Source: an uncultured Thermoplasmata archaeon
GTDB lineage: Archaea; Thermoplasmatota; Thermoplasmata; Lutacidiplasmatales; UBA184
Assembly (NCBI GenBank): GCA_963804505.1
Contig: CAWDQP010000010.1
Span: 531,607 to 595,606 of the forward strand
Reading direction: 5' to 3'
Length of the DNA stretch: 64,000 nucleotides
Shown here: piece by piece, positions 1 through 11,200 of the stretch
Layout of the letters: each line of letters starts with the position of its first letter
Position numbering within the stretch: the stretch's first letter is position 1
Position numbers and translations under genes: made by a program
The notes under the pieces: model-generated
Seen by the model: the letters and a program-made list of their open reading frames with translations, nothing else
What the model was told of the DNA's origin: nothing
Databases searched by the model: none

Positions 1-78
1 GTACGCCGAGGCGCACGGCTGGTCGTTCCTCGAGGGTCGGACGATCGTGGAGGCGTGGCGGGCATGGTCGTCCGCGTA

Positions 79-79
<1 letters not shown>
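1..79 (+). CDS. 3' end of an unidentified upstream gene (partial)
   Basis: An open frame ...YAEAHGWSFLEGRTIVEAWRAWSSA ends with TAA at 77-79 and overlaps the next start (TAATG). It is too short to name. Confidence 0.25.
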
Positions 80-979
<900 letters not shown>

Positions 980-1006
980 GTCGGACGGAACGGAGGGTGA
1001 CGAACC

Positions 1007-1456
1007 ATGCCTAAAACAACGAACGAAGGGAAGGGGATCCGGATCGGACTGGTGGCGAGCGAGTTCAACTTCGACGTGACGCTGCTCATGCTCGAGCGAG
1101 CCAAGGAGGAGGTCGAGTTTCTCGGCGCCGAGCTGGGCCCGGTCCTGAAGACGCCCGGGGTGTTCGACATCCCGCTCGGCGCCCGGGCCGTCCTCGAGAG
1201 GCGGGACGTGGACGCGGTGGTCGCGCTGGGAGCGGTCATCGAGGGCGAGACGCAGCACGACGAGGTCGTGATGAACCAGGCCGCGCGCAAGCTCGCGGAC
1301 CTGTCGGTGGAGTTTGGAAAGCCGGTGGGCCTCGGGATCTCGGGCCCGGGGGAGACCCGGCTCCAGGCGCAGGACCGGATCGAGAACGCCGCGAACGCGG
1401 TGCGCGCCGCCGTGAAGATGGTGCGCCGGCTCCGCGAGCTGCGCGCGTCGGGCTAG
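1007..1456 (+). CDS. ribH: 6,7-dimethyl-8-ribityllumazine synthase
   Basis: Intact 149-aa ORF with IRIGLVASEFNFDVT..GVFDIPLGA..DAVVALGAVIEGETQHDEVV..GLGISGPGETR, the typical lumazine synthase pattern. It lies next to ribC. Confidence 0.9.
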   Translation: MPKTTNEGKGIRIGLVASEFNFDVTLLMLERAKEEVEFLGAELGPVLKTPGVFDIPLGARAVLERRDVDAVVALGAVIEGETQHDEVVMNQAARKLADLSVEFGKPVGLGISGPGETRLQAQDRIENAANAVRAAVKMVRRLRELRASG

Positions 1457-1809
1457 AACCCGAGCCGTCCCTTCAGGTAGTCGAACGCCGTCCTCCCCTT
1501 CGCCGTGTGCGGGGTGACGGTGAGCGGCCCGGGCGGCACCGCCTCCTTGCGCCCCGACTTGAGCGCGGCGCGGAGCCGGTCGTGCGGGATCTCGACGGTC
1601 ACGTCCGGGTGGGGCGCGGCGCCCGTCGTCACCTTCGCGTGGCCTTCCTGGTCGATGGCGAGGGAAACGGTTCCGTCGTCCGTCCGGAACACCCAGACCT
1701 GCGGAAGGTACGCCCGGACGATCGACCCGAGGAAACCGTGCAGGCGGGTCTGGAGCTCGCCCTCGAACGATCGCGCGGCCTTGGTCAGCAGCTCCTCGAG
1801 GCAGCTCAT
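1453..1809 (-). CDS. Small conserved hypothetical protein (possibly SCP2-like fold)
   Basis: Only the last 118 codons of ORF 1453..2400, from the ATG at 1809 (MSCLEELLTKAARSF...), look protein-like. The upstream part of that ORF is antisense to birA. Confidence 0.4.
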   Translation of the reverse strand: MSCLEELLTKAARSFEGELQTRLHGFLGSIVRAYLPQVWVFRTDDGTVSLAIDQEGHAKVTTGAAPHPDVTVEIPHDRLRAALKSGRKEAVPPGPLTVTPHTAKGRTAFDYLKGRLGF

Positions 1810-1920
1810 CGCGACCCTCAGACGGGCGGGACGATTCAGCTCGTCGTCCCTGCGCGACGGCGGGCGCGGAGGTGCCCGCGCCCCAACCGTTAAGCGACCG
1901 TCCCCCTCGCCCCGTTCGAG

Positions 1921-2671
1921 GTGGTCTCGGTGGGGCCCCGCGAGTTCCACGAAGCGATTCCCTCGACCCAGCTCCGGGCGATCGAGCTCGCCCGCGACGG
2001 TGCGGAGGAAGGAACACGCGTGGTGGCCCGACGTCAGACCGCGGGTCGGGGCCGGCTCGACCGGACCTGGTCCTCCCCGCCGGGGGGCCTCTACGCCTCC
2101 GTCGTGCTCGCGAGCCCGCCGGAGCCGGGGACGCTCCTTCCCCTCGGGATCGGCGCCTACCTGGCCCGGGCGTTGCACGAGCGGTTCGACGCGCCGCTTC
2201 GTGTGAAATGGCCTAACGACGTGCTGGCCCTCGGTCCCGGGCCGACCTCCGCGCAAGCTCGCGGGGATCCTTGTGGATTCCGTTCCCTCCCCGACGCTGG
2301 TCCGGGCCATGGTCGCGGGGATAGGCATCAACGTCCGGACCGCTCCGATCTCGCTGTCGGGCGCGGCGGCCCTGCGGGCCGCTGCGCTCGAGGAGTTCAC
2401 CGCGCCCGCGCCCTCCCTTGACGAGGTCGAGGCGATCGCGGTCGAGGCGGCGCTCGCCGCCCGGCGCGGGCTCGCGGAGGAGGACGGCGCGCGGCGGGTC
2501 CGTGCGCTCTGCCAAGAGCTCCTCTACGGGGTCGGACGTCCCGTGACGATCGACGGCGTGCCCTCGGGCCGCATCGATTCCCTCGGTGACGGCGGCGAGC
2601 TCGTTCTGGAAGCGGGGGAACAGCACCGGTCGGTGCTTGCCGGGGACGTTCGGGTCATGGAGGAAGCGTGA
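1921..2671 (+). CDS. birA: Biotin--[acetyl-CoA-carboxylase] ligase; one frame break near 2235
   Basis: [27 protein letters not shown] and KWPNDV occur in ORF 1921..2421. The protein continues as [19 protein letters not shown] in ORF 2273..2671. GTGA overlap with the next gene. Confidence 0.8.
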
Positions 2672-4217
2672 GCGAGGCGTTCGACCGATGGGCTGTGCTC
2701 AAGCGGAAGACGCGCGAGGGCGGCGGCGCCGAGCGCGTCGAGCGCCACCGGGCGTCGGGGAAGCTGACCGCCCGCGAACGGCTGGAGGAGTTCTTCGACC
2801 CCGGGACGTTCACGGAGATCGACCCGTACGTCGTGCACCGCGTGGAAAAGTTCGGGCTCGACAAGCGGCGCATCCCGGGCGATGGGGTCGTGACCGGATG
2901 GGGCGAGGTCGACGGGCGCCCGGTGTGCGCCTTCGCGCAGGACGCGACCGTGTTCGGCGGCGCTCTAGGCGAGGCGCACGCGATGAAGATCGTGAAGGTC
3001 ATGGAGACGGCACGGAAGGCCGGCGTGCCGATCGTCGGGCTCAACGACTCCGGCGGCGCGCGCATCCAGGAAGGGGTCCAGAGCCTCGGAGGGTACGGCG
3101 AGGTGTTCTACCGGAACGTCCTCCTCTCGGGCGTCGTCCCGCAGATCTCGCTGGTCCTCGGCCCGTGCGCCGGGGGCGCGGTCTACTCGCCGGCGATCAC
3201 GGACTTCGTGGTCATCGCGCGCGGCACGGGGGAGATGTTCATCACCGGACCGGACGTCGTCCGCGCGGTGACCGGCGAGGACGTCTCGATGGAAGCGCTC
3301 GGCGGCGCCGACGTTCACGCGCAGGTCTCCGGCGTGTCGCACTTCACCGTCGGGTCCGACCGAGAAGCGGTCGCGCTCGCCCGCCGGCTGCTCGGCTACC
3401 TGCCGCTGAACAACCTCGAGGACGCGCCCACGGCCGCGTCCGCGCCCCCGCCCGAGTCGGCCGCGAAGGAGCTCGCGCGGGTCGTCCCCGAGGAGGCGAA
3501 CGCCCCCTACGACGCGCACGAGGTGATCGACCGGGTCCTGGACACGGAGTCGTTCCTCGAGGTGCACGCGGGGTGGGCGACCAACCTCCTCGTCGGACTC
3601 GCCCGGCTCGAGGGCCGGCCCGTGGGCGTGGTCGCCAACAATCCGGCCCGGCTCGCGGGGACGCTCGACATCGACGCGTCGACCAAGGGCGCGCGGTTCG
3701 TCCGGTTCTGCGACGCGTTCAACCTTCCGCTCATCACGTTCGTCGACGTCCGGGGTTCCTCCCCGGGACGAGCCAGGAGCACGGCGGCATCATCCGCCAC
3801 GGCGCGAAACTGCTCTACGCCTACGCCGAGGCGACGGTGCCGATGCTGACGGTGATCCTCCGCAAGGCGTACGGGGGAGCGTACGACGTCATGTGCTCCA
3901 AGCACCTCGGCGCCGACCTGAACCTCGCCTGGCCGACGGCGGAGATCGCCGTGATGGGGGCGGAGGGCGCGGTCAACATCCTCTACCGCCGCGAGCTGGA
4001 GGCGGGCACCGGGGCCGAGCAGGCGGCGCTCCGCGCGCGCCTGTCGGACGAGTACCGGCGGGAGTTCCTGAACCCGTACCTCGCCGCGGAGCGCGGGTAC
4101 GTGGACGACGTGGTCGACCCGTCCGAGACGCGGGCACGCCTCGTCGCCGGCCTCAAGGTCTTCTCCTCCAAGCGGGACGAGCGGCCGTCGCGCAAGCACG
4201 GGAACATCCCGCTCTGA
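2668..4217 (+). CDS. Acyl-CoA carboxyltransferase (methylmalonyl-CoA carboxyltransferase 12S / propionyl-CoA carboxylase beta family); one frame break near 3750
   Basis: [32 protein letters not shown] and [12 protein letters not shown] occur in ORF 2668..3849. The C-terminal half, [34 protein letters not shown], lies in the frame of ORF 2586..4217. Confidence 0.9.
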
Positions 4218-4236
4218 CGGTCGGGAGGGAATCCCC

Positions 4237-5763
4237 GTGGTCGGCATCACCGAGACGGTCCTGCGCGACGGGCACCAGTCGCTGATCGCGACGCGGATGC
4301 GGACGCGCTACATGCTGCCCGCCGCCGAGCGGCTCGACGCGATCGGCTATCGCTCGCTCGAGGTCTGGGGCGGCGCGACGTTCGACGTCTGCCTCCGGTT
4401 CCTGAACGAGGACCCGTGGGAGCGGCTCCGCACGCTCAAGCGGGCGATGCCCCGGACCCCGCTCCAGATGCTTCTGCGGGGGCAGAACCTGGTGGGGTAC
4501 CGACACTACGCGGACGACCTCGTCACGAAGTTCGTGGAGGAGGCGGCCCGCCAGGGCGTCGACATCTTCCGGGTCTTTGACGCGCTCAACGACGCGCGCA
4601 ACATGGAGGTCGCGATCGCCGCGGTGAAGAAGACCGGCGCGCGCGCCCAGGGGACAATCTGCTACACGAGCTCGCCCGTGCACACCCTCGAATCGTTCGT
4701 CGAGCTCGGGCGCAAGCTGGCCGCGATGGACGTGGACGAGCTCTGCGTGAAGGACATGGCCGGGTTCCTCCCGCCGGCCGAGGCCGGCGCGCTCGTGCGC
4801 GCGCTGATCAAAGAGGTCGGTCTCCCGGTCGTCGTTCATACGCACTCCGCCGGGGGGCTCTCCACGCTCACGTGCCTCGCGGCCGCGGAGGCGGGGGCGA
4901 CGGCGGTCGACGGGGCGCTCAGCCCGTTCGCCGGCGGCGCGAGCCAGCCGCCCACCGAGACGTTGGTGAGCGCGCTGCGCGGCACGCCGCTCGACCCGAA
5001 GCTCGACCTGGGCGCGCTCGCCGAGCTCGCCGACCATTTCCGCGGGGTGCTCGACCACTATCGCGGGCTTATCGACATTCGCTCGCTCCAGACCGACCCG
5101 CTGATCCTGACGCACCAGGTTCCGGGAGGGATGCTGTCGAACCTCCTCTCGCAGCTGAAGGAGCAGGACGCGATGGGCCGCCTCGGGGAGGTGCTTGCCG
5201 AGGTGCCGCGGGTCCGGGCGGACCTGGGGTACCCCCCGCTCGTGACGCCCACGAGCCAGATCGTCGGCATCCAGGCGGTCCTGAACGTCCTCACCGGTGG
5301 GCGGTACCGGCAGATCACGCAGGAGGTCCGGGACTACGTGCGCGGCCTGTACGGCACGCCGCCCGGGCCGCTCGACCCGGCGCTGCGCGCCCGGGTCACG
5401 GCGGACGCGCCGGCCATTGCCGGCCGGCCCGCCGACCTCCTGCCCCCCGAGCTCGAGAAGAGCATCGCGGAGGTTCGCGCGCTCGTTCCGGCGGCGGACA
5501 CCGCCGAGGCGCTCTCCTACGCGCTCTTCCCGGCGGTGTACCGCGCCTACCGGCAGCGGGTCGACCACGGGCTCACGCCGGAGGTCCTCACGACCGCCGC
5601 GTTGGGCGTGGTCGCCGCGCTCCGCGCCCCTCGCCCGGCCCCGGCCGTGTCCTCCCCCCACCGCGAGGGCGGGCGTACGAGCGCTTGGGCGCTCGAGGGG
5701 CGGGTCCACCAGCAGGCGCAACGGAGGTGGATCGATGCGGCTCACGCTCGTCCGCGAGGGTAA
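4237..5763 (+). CDS. Carboxyltransferase 5S subunit / oxaloacetate decarboxylase alpha-like (no biotinyl domain)
   Basis: Intact 508-aa ORF with GITETVLRDGHQSL, LEVWGGATFD, VHTHSAGGLS and THQVPGGMLSNL. The last ~40 aa look low-quality, so the 3' end is uncertain. Confidence 0.85.
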   Translation: MVGITETVLRDGHQSLIATRMRTRYMLPAAERLDAIGYRSLEVWGGATFDVCLRFLNEDPWERLRTLKRAMPRTPLQMLLRGQNLVGYRHYADDLVTKFVEEAARQGVDIFRVFDALNDARNMEVAIAAVKKTGARAQGTICYTSSPVHTLESFVELGRKLAAMDVDELCVKDMAGFLPPAEAGALVRALIKEVGLPVVVHTHSAGGLSTLTCLAAAEAGATAVDGALSPFAGGASQPPTETLVSALRGTPLDPKLDLGALAELADHFRGVLDHYRGLIDIRSLQTDPLILTHQVPGGMLSNLLSQLKEQDAMGRLGEVLAEVPRVRADLGYPPLVTPTSQIVGIQAVLNVLTGGRYRQITQEVRDYVRGLYGTPPGPLDPALRARVTADAPAIAGRPADLLPPELEKSIAEVRALVPAADTAEALSYALFPAVYRAYRQRVDHGLTPEVLTTAALGVVAALRAPRPAPAVSSPHREGGRTSAWALEGRVHQQAQRRWIDAAHARPRG

Positions 5764-6286
5764 GCGCCGTGCCGTCGAGGTCGCGGACGACGGGTCGACC
5801 GTCACGATCGACGGCCACACCTATCCGGTCCGGGTCGTCGCCCGGACCCCGCGCGCGTGGAGCTCGAGATCGCCGGTGAGAGATCGGTCGTGGAAGGCTG
5901 GCCAGAGCCGTTCGCCCCTCCTCCGACCGAGGCGATCGTCGACGGGGAGCGCTGGGACGTCGAAGCGATCGTGGAAAGGTCGTCGGCCCCGCCGCGAACG
6001 GCCGCCCGTCCGTCCGCGCCGAGCCCGACGGGCCACCCTGCCCCGCCGCCGCCCGCCGTCGGTTCGGGCACCGCCGATCGTCCCGCCGATGCCCGGGCGG
6101 GTCGTCGAGCTCAAGGTGCACGAAGGAGACCGGGTCCGCCAGGGCACCGTCCTCCTGGTCCTCGAGGCGATGAAGATGCGGAACGAGGTGACCAGCCCCC
6201 TCGACGGGACCGTCCGCGATCTCAAGGTCTCCGAGGGGTCCAGCGTCCGCGCGCGCGAGGCCATGTTGTACATCGCGCCGGGGTGA
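5735..6286 (+). CDS. Biotin carboxyl carrier protein, 1.3S-subunit-like; two frame breaks (~5850, ~6068)
   Basis: A GGAGGTG Shine-Dalgarno-like box lies 5 nt upstream of the ATG. The N-terminus is MRLTLVREGK..TIDGHTYPVRVV. A P/A-rich linker sits in the frame of ORF 5857..6378. The C-terminal biotinyl domain is PMPGRVVELKV..LVLEAMKMRNEV. Confidence 0.8.
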   Translation: MRLTLVREGKRRAVEVADDGSTVTIDGHTYPVRVVARTPRAWSSRSPVRDRSWKAGQSRSPLLRPRRSSTGSAGTSKRSWKGRRPRRERPPVRPRRARRATLPRRRPPSVRAPPIVPPMPGRVVELKVHEGDRVRQGTVLLVLEAMKMRNEVTSPLDGTVRDLKVSEGSSVRAREAMLYIAPG

Positions 6287-6305
6287 CGGGCGAAACCGAT
6301 CCCGG

Positions 6306-6680
6306 CTACAGCGGCATCACGGCGCGGTGGCACGCCGGGCAGTGGGTGGCACCCGGGGGAAGGTCCGTAGCGCAGTAGACGCAGAATCCGACCGGCGCGG
6401 GGGCGTGGGCGGTGGACCCCGCCCCGGAGGGGAGCGGCGCCCCGCCGGGCGCGGTGGCGCTGCCGGGGCCGCGCGATCCGGCCCCCACGGCCCGGCTCCC
6501 CCACGACGACGTCAGCACGATGAACCCCACCACCATCCACGCGATGAACGCGTAGAGGATGTACACGGCGTACTGGGGTAGGGTGAACCACGCCACGATC
6601 GTGACCACCATCGCGACGAGGTTGAGCAGCGAGAAGAGCGTCCTCGCGATCACGGGTCCCCTCCCGCCGGTCGAACCCAC
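6306..6680 (-). CDS. Small membrane protein with C-terminal zinc ribbon
   Basis: Intact 124-aa ORF with two hydrophobic helices, a G/A/P linker, and then CVYCATDLPPGATHCPACH. Confidence 0.5.
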   Translation of the reverse strand: MGSTGGRGPVIARTLFSLLNLVAMVVTIVAWFTLPQYAVYILYAFIAWMVVGFIVLTSSWGSRAVGAGSRGPGSATAPGGAPLPSGAGSTAHAPAPVGFCVYCATDLPPGATHCPACHRAVMPL

Positions 6681-6778
6681 CCGCCCCTACTTGGGGGTTT
6701 GTCTTGCGGTGGGCGGAAGGACGCCGCACCCCACCGCCGGGGGGGCCCTCTAATAGCCACCGGCGCTGGGCGCGCCCC

Positions 6779-8230
6779 GTGACGAAGGTCCCCGCGCTCG
6801 TCCAGCGGGACGAGTTCACCTACGAGATCCCGGTGACGGAAGTCCCCGGTATGAAGGTCCCCGGCGTCCTGTTCTCCAACCAGGCGCTGCTGCAGGGGGT
6901 TTCGGGAGACCCGTCGCTCATGCAGCTCGCGAACGTCGCCACGCTGCCCGGCATCGAGCGCAACGCGCTCGCGATGCCGGACATCCATTTCGGCTACGGA
7001 TTTCCCGTCGGTGGCGTGGCCGCGTTCGACCTGGCCGAAGGGGTCGTCTCCCCGGCGGGATCGGCTACGACATCAACTGCGGCGTACCGGCTGCTCCGCA
7101 CCGGGCTCACGGTCGACGAGGTCCGTCCCCGCCTGGCTGGACTGGTCGACCGGCTCTACCGCGAGGTTCCCAGCGGGGTCGGCTCGAAGGGGGGCCGGAC
7201 GCTCAGCGCCGGGGAGATCGACGAGGTCCTCGCCGGGGGCGCCGCCTGGGCGGTCGGCGCACGGGCTCGGTCGGCCGGACGATCTCGTCGTCCAGGAGGA
7301 GGGTGGATGCCTCGCCGGCGCGCTGCCCGCCGAGGTCAGCGAGAACGCGCACCGTCGCGGCTTGCGGCAGCTCGGGACCCTCGGGTCCGGCAATCACTTC
7401 CTCGAGGTCCAGGCCGTCGACGAGCTGTTCTATCCCGAGTTCGCGAACGCGCTCGGGCTCGAGCCGGGCCACGTCGTCGTCATGCTCCACACCGGCTCGC
7501 GGGGGCTCGGGCACCAGGTCGCGACCGACTTCATCCAGCGAATGGACCAGCGCCTGGCACGGGAGGGCGTGCAGCTCGTCGACCGGCAGCTCTCCTGCGC
7601 CCCGGTCGCCTCGGACGACGGCGCGCGGTACCTCGGCGCGATGGCGGCCGCGGCGAACTTCGCCTGGGCGAACCGGCAGGCGATCACCGCCGGCGTCCGC
7701 CGCTCGTTCTCCGCGGTGTTCGGCGAGGACGCCGGCGACGCGGGGGTCGAGGTGGTCTACGACATCGCGCACAACATGGCGAAGGTCGAGGAGCACCGGA
7801 CCAACGGGACCTCGAAGAAGGTCCTCGTTCACCGGAAGGGGGCGACGCGCGCATTCCCCGCGGGACGCGAGGAGGTCCCGGCCGCGTACCGACCGTACGG
7901 CCAACCGGTCCTGATCCCCGGCGACATGGGCACCGCGAGCTACGTGCTCGCGGGGCTCCCGACCTCGATGGAGCGGTCGTTCGGATCCTCCTGCCACGGC
8001 GCGGGCGTCGGCTCAGCCGGCACGCCGCCGTCCGCACGTTCCGCTACGAGGAGGTCACCAAGGCCCTGGCCAGCCGCGGGATCCTCGTGCGCTCCGCGTC
8101 GCGGGAGGGCGTCACCGAGGAGGCCCCGGGCGCCTACAAGGACGTCGAAGAGGTCGTTCGGGTCGCCGAGGGCGCGGGGCTCACCCGTCGCGTGGCTCGG
8201 CTCCTGCCCATGGCGGTCGTCAAGGGGTAG
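6779..8230 (+). CDS. rtcB: RNA-splicing ligase RtcB; about three frame breaks (~7060, ~7265, ~8005)
   Basis: The conserved pieces are spread over ORFs 6704..8230 and 7011..8675. They are MPDIHFGYGFPVGGVAA, then GYDINCGVRLL, then GSGNHFLEVQ..HTGSRGLGHQV..HRKGATRAF..IPGDMGTASY..SSCHGAG..APGAYKD. Confidence 0.9.
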   Translation: MTKVPALVQRDEFTYEIPVTEVPGMKVPGVLFSNQALLQGVSGDPSLMQLANVATLPGIERNALAMPDIHFGYGFPVGGVAAFDLAEGVVSPAGSATTSTAAYRLLRTGLTVDEVRPRLAGLVDRLYREVPSGVGSKGGRTLSAGEIDEVLAGGAAWAVGARARSAGRSRRPGGGWMPRRRAARRGQRERAPSRLAAARDPRVRQSLPRGPGRRRAVLSRVRERARARAGPRRRHAPHRLAGARAPGRDRLHPANGPAPGTGGRAARRPAALLRPGRLGRRRAVPRRDGGRGELRLGEPAGDHRRRPPLVLRGVRRGRRRRGGRGGLRHRAQHGEGRGAPDQRDLEEGPRSPEGGDARIPRGTRGGPGRVPTVRPTGPDPRRHGHRELRARGAPDLDGAVVRILLPRRGRRLSRHAAVRTFRYEEVTKALASRGILVRSASREGVTEEAPGAYKDVEEVVRVAEGAGLTRRVARLLPMAVVKG

Positions 8231-11200
8231 GCGGCGACCGGCGCGGGCGCAGGCCGACTCCCAGGATCACCGCAAGGACCCCCACCGCCGCCCCGATCGA
8301 CAGGATCTCCGCGGTGGAGAGGAGCGGTACGGGGGCGACCGATATCGTCCACGACCGTGCGAACTCCGTTCCGTTGGCGTCCGTCACGGTGAGCGTGACC
8401 GCGTACGACCCGACCTGCGACAGGGTCAGGTTGAGGTCGGGCCCGGTCGTGTGGGTTCCGTTGGGAAGGGTCCAGGAGTACGAGTACGGCGGGCCCTTCC
8501 CACCGTAGGCGCTGACCGTGAAGTTGACGGTCAGCGGAGGGGTTCCGCTCGTGGTGGTGGGACCGCCCGTGACGTCCAGGGCCAGGTTCGCCGCGATGGC
8601 GGTCTCCGCGATGGCCGTGTCGCCGAACGGATCCGTGGCGACGGCCTCGGCGGTGTACCCCCCGGCGTCCCGTAGGTGTACGATGCGTGGCCCCCGGCGA
8701 TCGGGGGCCCGGCGTCGAACCGCCACCCTAGCGTGGCTCCCCCGGGTCCTTCGGCGCTGCCGCTCGCGTCCACTATGAGCGGCGTGACGCCGACGGTCGG
8801 GCTCGCGCTCGCGTTGAGCGTGAGCGCGTCCGAGGCCGGCACGAACCCGCCGGCCTGGGTTGCGAAGAACCCTGGTAGGGCGAGCGGGACCGTGAGCTCG
8901 GCCGTGAGGTAGGCGTTCTGTATCGTGAGGGTCGGGGTGAGCGTGTTGTCGGTCAACGGCGGAGGGAGCGCGAAGTACGTCTCCTCGACCGAGAGGCCGT
9001 AGCCCGAGTGGCCCTGGGTGAGGTTCCACAGGACGGTCGCGTTGTCGATCTCGCTCGCCGGGCCGACCGGCTGCGCGGTGAAGGAGACCGTGGTGCCGGA
9101 TTCGACGTTCTCAGCCGGGGCGATCGAGCCGGTGGCCCCGAGCGGGGGTGCGCCGCTGCTCGGTTCCGCGTCGATCAGGAACGCCTCGCTCGCGTTCCCG
9201 TAGCCGAGGTCCGAGAGGGAGGCGATCGCGAGATACTCGCCCGGGGCGTCGTAGGTCGCGTTGGCGGTGGCGCCCACGGCGCTCATACTGTTGCCGAACG
9301 ACCACCGTGTGTCGGCGGCGTTCGCCCCGTCGCCCCCCGTTACCTGTACCGTGGAGAACTCGACCTTCAGCGGCGCGGGCCCCGAGTAGGTCGAGGGGAG
9401 CCAGGATGCGACGAGCGGCGGGGCAACGGTGACGTTGACCGACGCGTTCGCGAGCACCCCCGCCGAGTCGTTGATCCACTCGCCGACGTCATAGGTTCCC
9501 GCCGTGGGCAGCACGGTGCATCCGCACGCCTTGGTGTACGGGTCGCTCGACGCGAGGACCGTGGTCGTCGGCGGGGTCGACCCCGGGGAACCGCCGGTCG
9601 TGACGAACAGGGCCGGGAAGTCGGCCGGCGCATCGCGGATCCCCTCCGAGCCGTTCGCCGTGACCGTCAGGGGCGCGCTGCCGTTCTCGCATCCTGGGGT
9701 TGTTGCACCACCGACGGCGATCGCCGTCGTGGCGCTCGCCCCGCCGTCCACTGGGACGGCGCTGTCGTTGACGACCACCTCGGCGCAGTAGACGCCCGCG
9801 GCGTCGTACGTGTGCGCGACGCTCGCGGACGACTCGTTCGCATCGGTGGCGCCGTCGCCGAAGAAGAAGGATACGTGTAGGGGGCCGTGCCCCCGCTGAC
9901 GAGGGCCGTGAACCCGACCCCGGCCCCCACGGACGGCGTCGTGGGGGTGACCCGAAGCTGGACCGAGAGCTCGCCGCCGCCCCCGACGACGACCAGGACC
10001 GGTGAGGAGATCGCTCCGAACCCCCGGCTATCGTAGACGAACGATTGGGCCGCGTAGACCCCCGCCGCCGGGAAGGTGTGCTCCACGGTTCCGCCGGTGA
10101 CGAGGGAGGCGTTCCCGTCGCCGAAGTAGACCCCCTCGAGCGGGTACTGGCCCGAGCCTCCGCTCGCGGTGAGGTTGAAGGTCGTCGTGAGGGGGGCCTT
10201 GCCGAACATCGGGGAGGCGGAGAGGTCCGTCGTCAGGTTGGGCTCGGTCACGTTGGTCGACCGGGCCAGGCTCGCGACGAGCTCCGAAACGATCGGGGTG
10301 CCGATGCCGGTGACGGGGTCCCAACCGGACCCGGCCTTGTAGCCGTTGTTCCCCGTAACGATGTCGTGGAAGTCGGTCGAGTAGTTCGAGCTGTTGAGGA
10401 CCCGGTAGAGACTGGGGTTCAGGAAGCCGAGGTCGGACCCGACGGAGGAGTCCATGTCGGCGGTGATTCCGGCCCAGATCGGCGTGGCGACGCTCGTCCC
10501 CTCGACCCCTTCGGTGGTCTCGCCGGAGTCGATGTACACGAGCACCGGGGTCTGGGCGTCGGCGGAGACGTCGGGGACACCGCGGGTCTTTCCCGCGAAC
10601 CCCGGTCCCACCTGCCACCACGGCGTTGGAAACGGCGAGTAGCCGCCGCCGGACCCACCCGGGTTCTCCGAGCACCCGGGCGCGGTCTTCCCCGAGGCGT
10701 TGCCATCCCAGCCGATCTCGCCCTTGTAGGTCCCGTTCGGGTTGACGTCGAGCTCGGTCCCTCCCACACCCGTGACGTACGGGTCGGATGCCGGAAAGAA
10801 CGTCGAATCCCCGGCGGTGCCTCCGGAGGCGCCGCAGTCCCCGCTCGCGGCGAAGACGGTGATCCCCTCCACCGCGGCCAGTTCGAGGACCGGCCCGAGC
10901 ACCGCGTACGACCCGTCCGTGGAAGCATTGCACTCGGAGGAGCAGGGCCCGCTGTACGGGTCGAAGACCCCGACGTCCGGTTCGCCCCAGCTGAGGGAGA
11001 TGACGTTCGCCCGGTCCTGGCCGACGAGCGAGTCGATTGCGGCGTAGAGCCCGGGGCCGGGGTTCGGTGAGAAGGTCATCTCGATCGACGCGCCCGGCGA
11101 AAGGGCCCGGGTCCATTCAAGGTCGAGGGAGTCCTCGAGCGCCCAGCCGCTGTTGGTGGAGCTGGCGTTCAGGTCGATCGAGGTCGGGACCGGGTAGAGG

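Noticed and set aside
4153-5820. Very long ORFs antisense to, or out of frame with, clearly conserved genes. Examples are 4153..5820(-), 18827..20824(+), 24085..25590(-), 37735..39318(-), 40365..42347(-), 44118..45140(-) and 14353..15681(+).
   Set aside because: Their products are Arg/Pro/Gly-rich low-complexity strings with no motifs. They overlap genes with strong family signatures on the other strand or frame. Stop codons are simply rare in ~70% GC DNA.
4237-6286. The 5S carboxyltransferase and the biotin carrier could be one fused OadA/PycB-like protein, because frame 5297..6286 is open across the junction.
   Set aside because: A strong GGAGGTG box followed by the ATG at 5735 fits a separate small subunit. 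So does a 1.3S-like N-terminus (MRLTLVREGK..TIDGHTYPVRVV). The open frame upstream of 5735 encodes only Arg/Ser/Pro junk.
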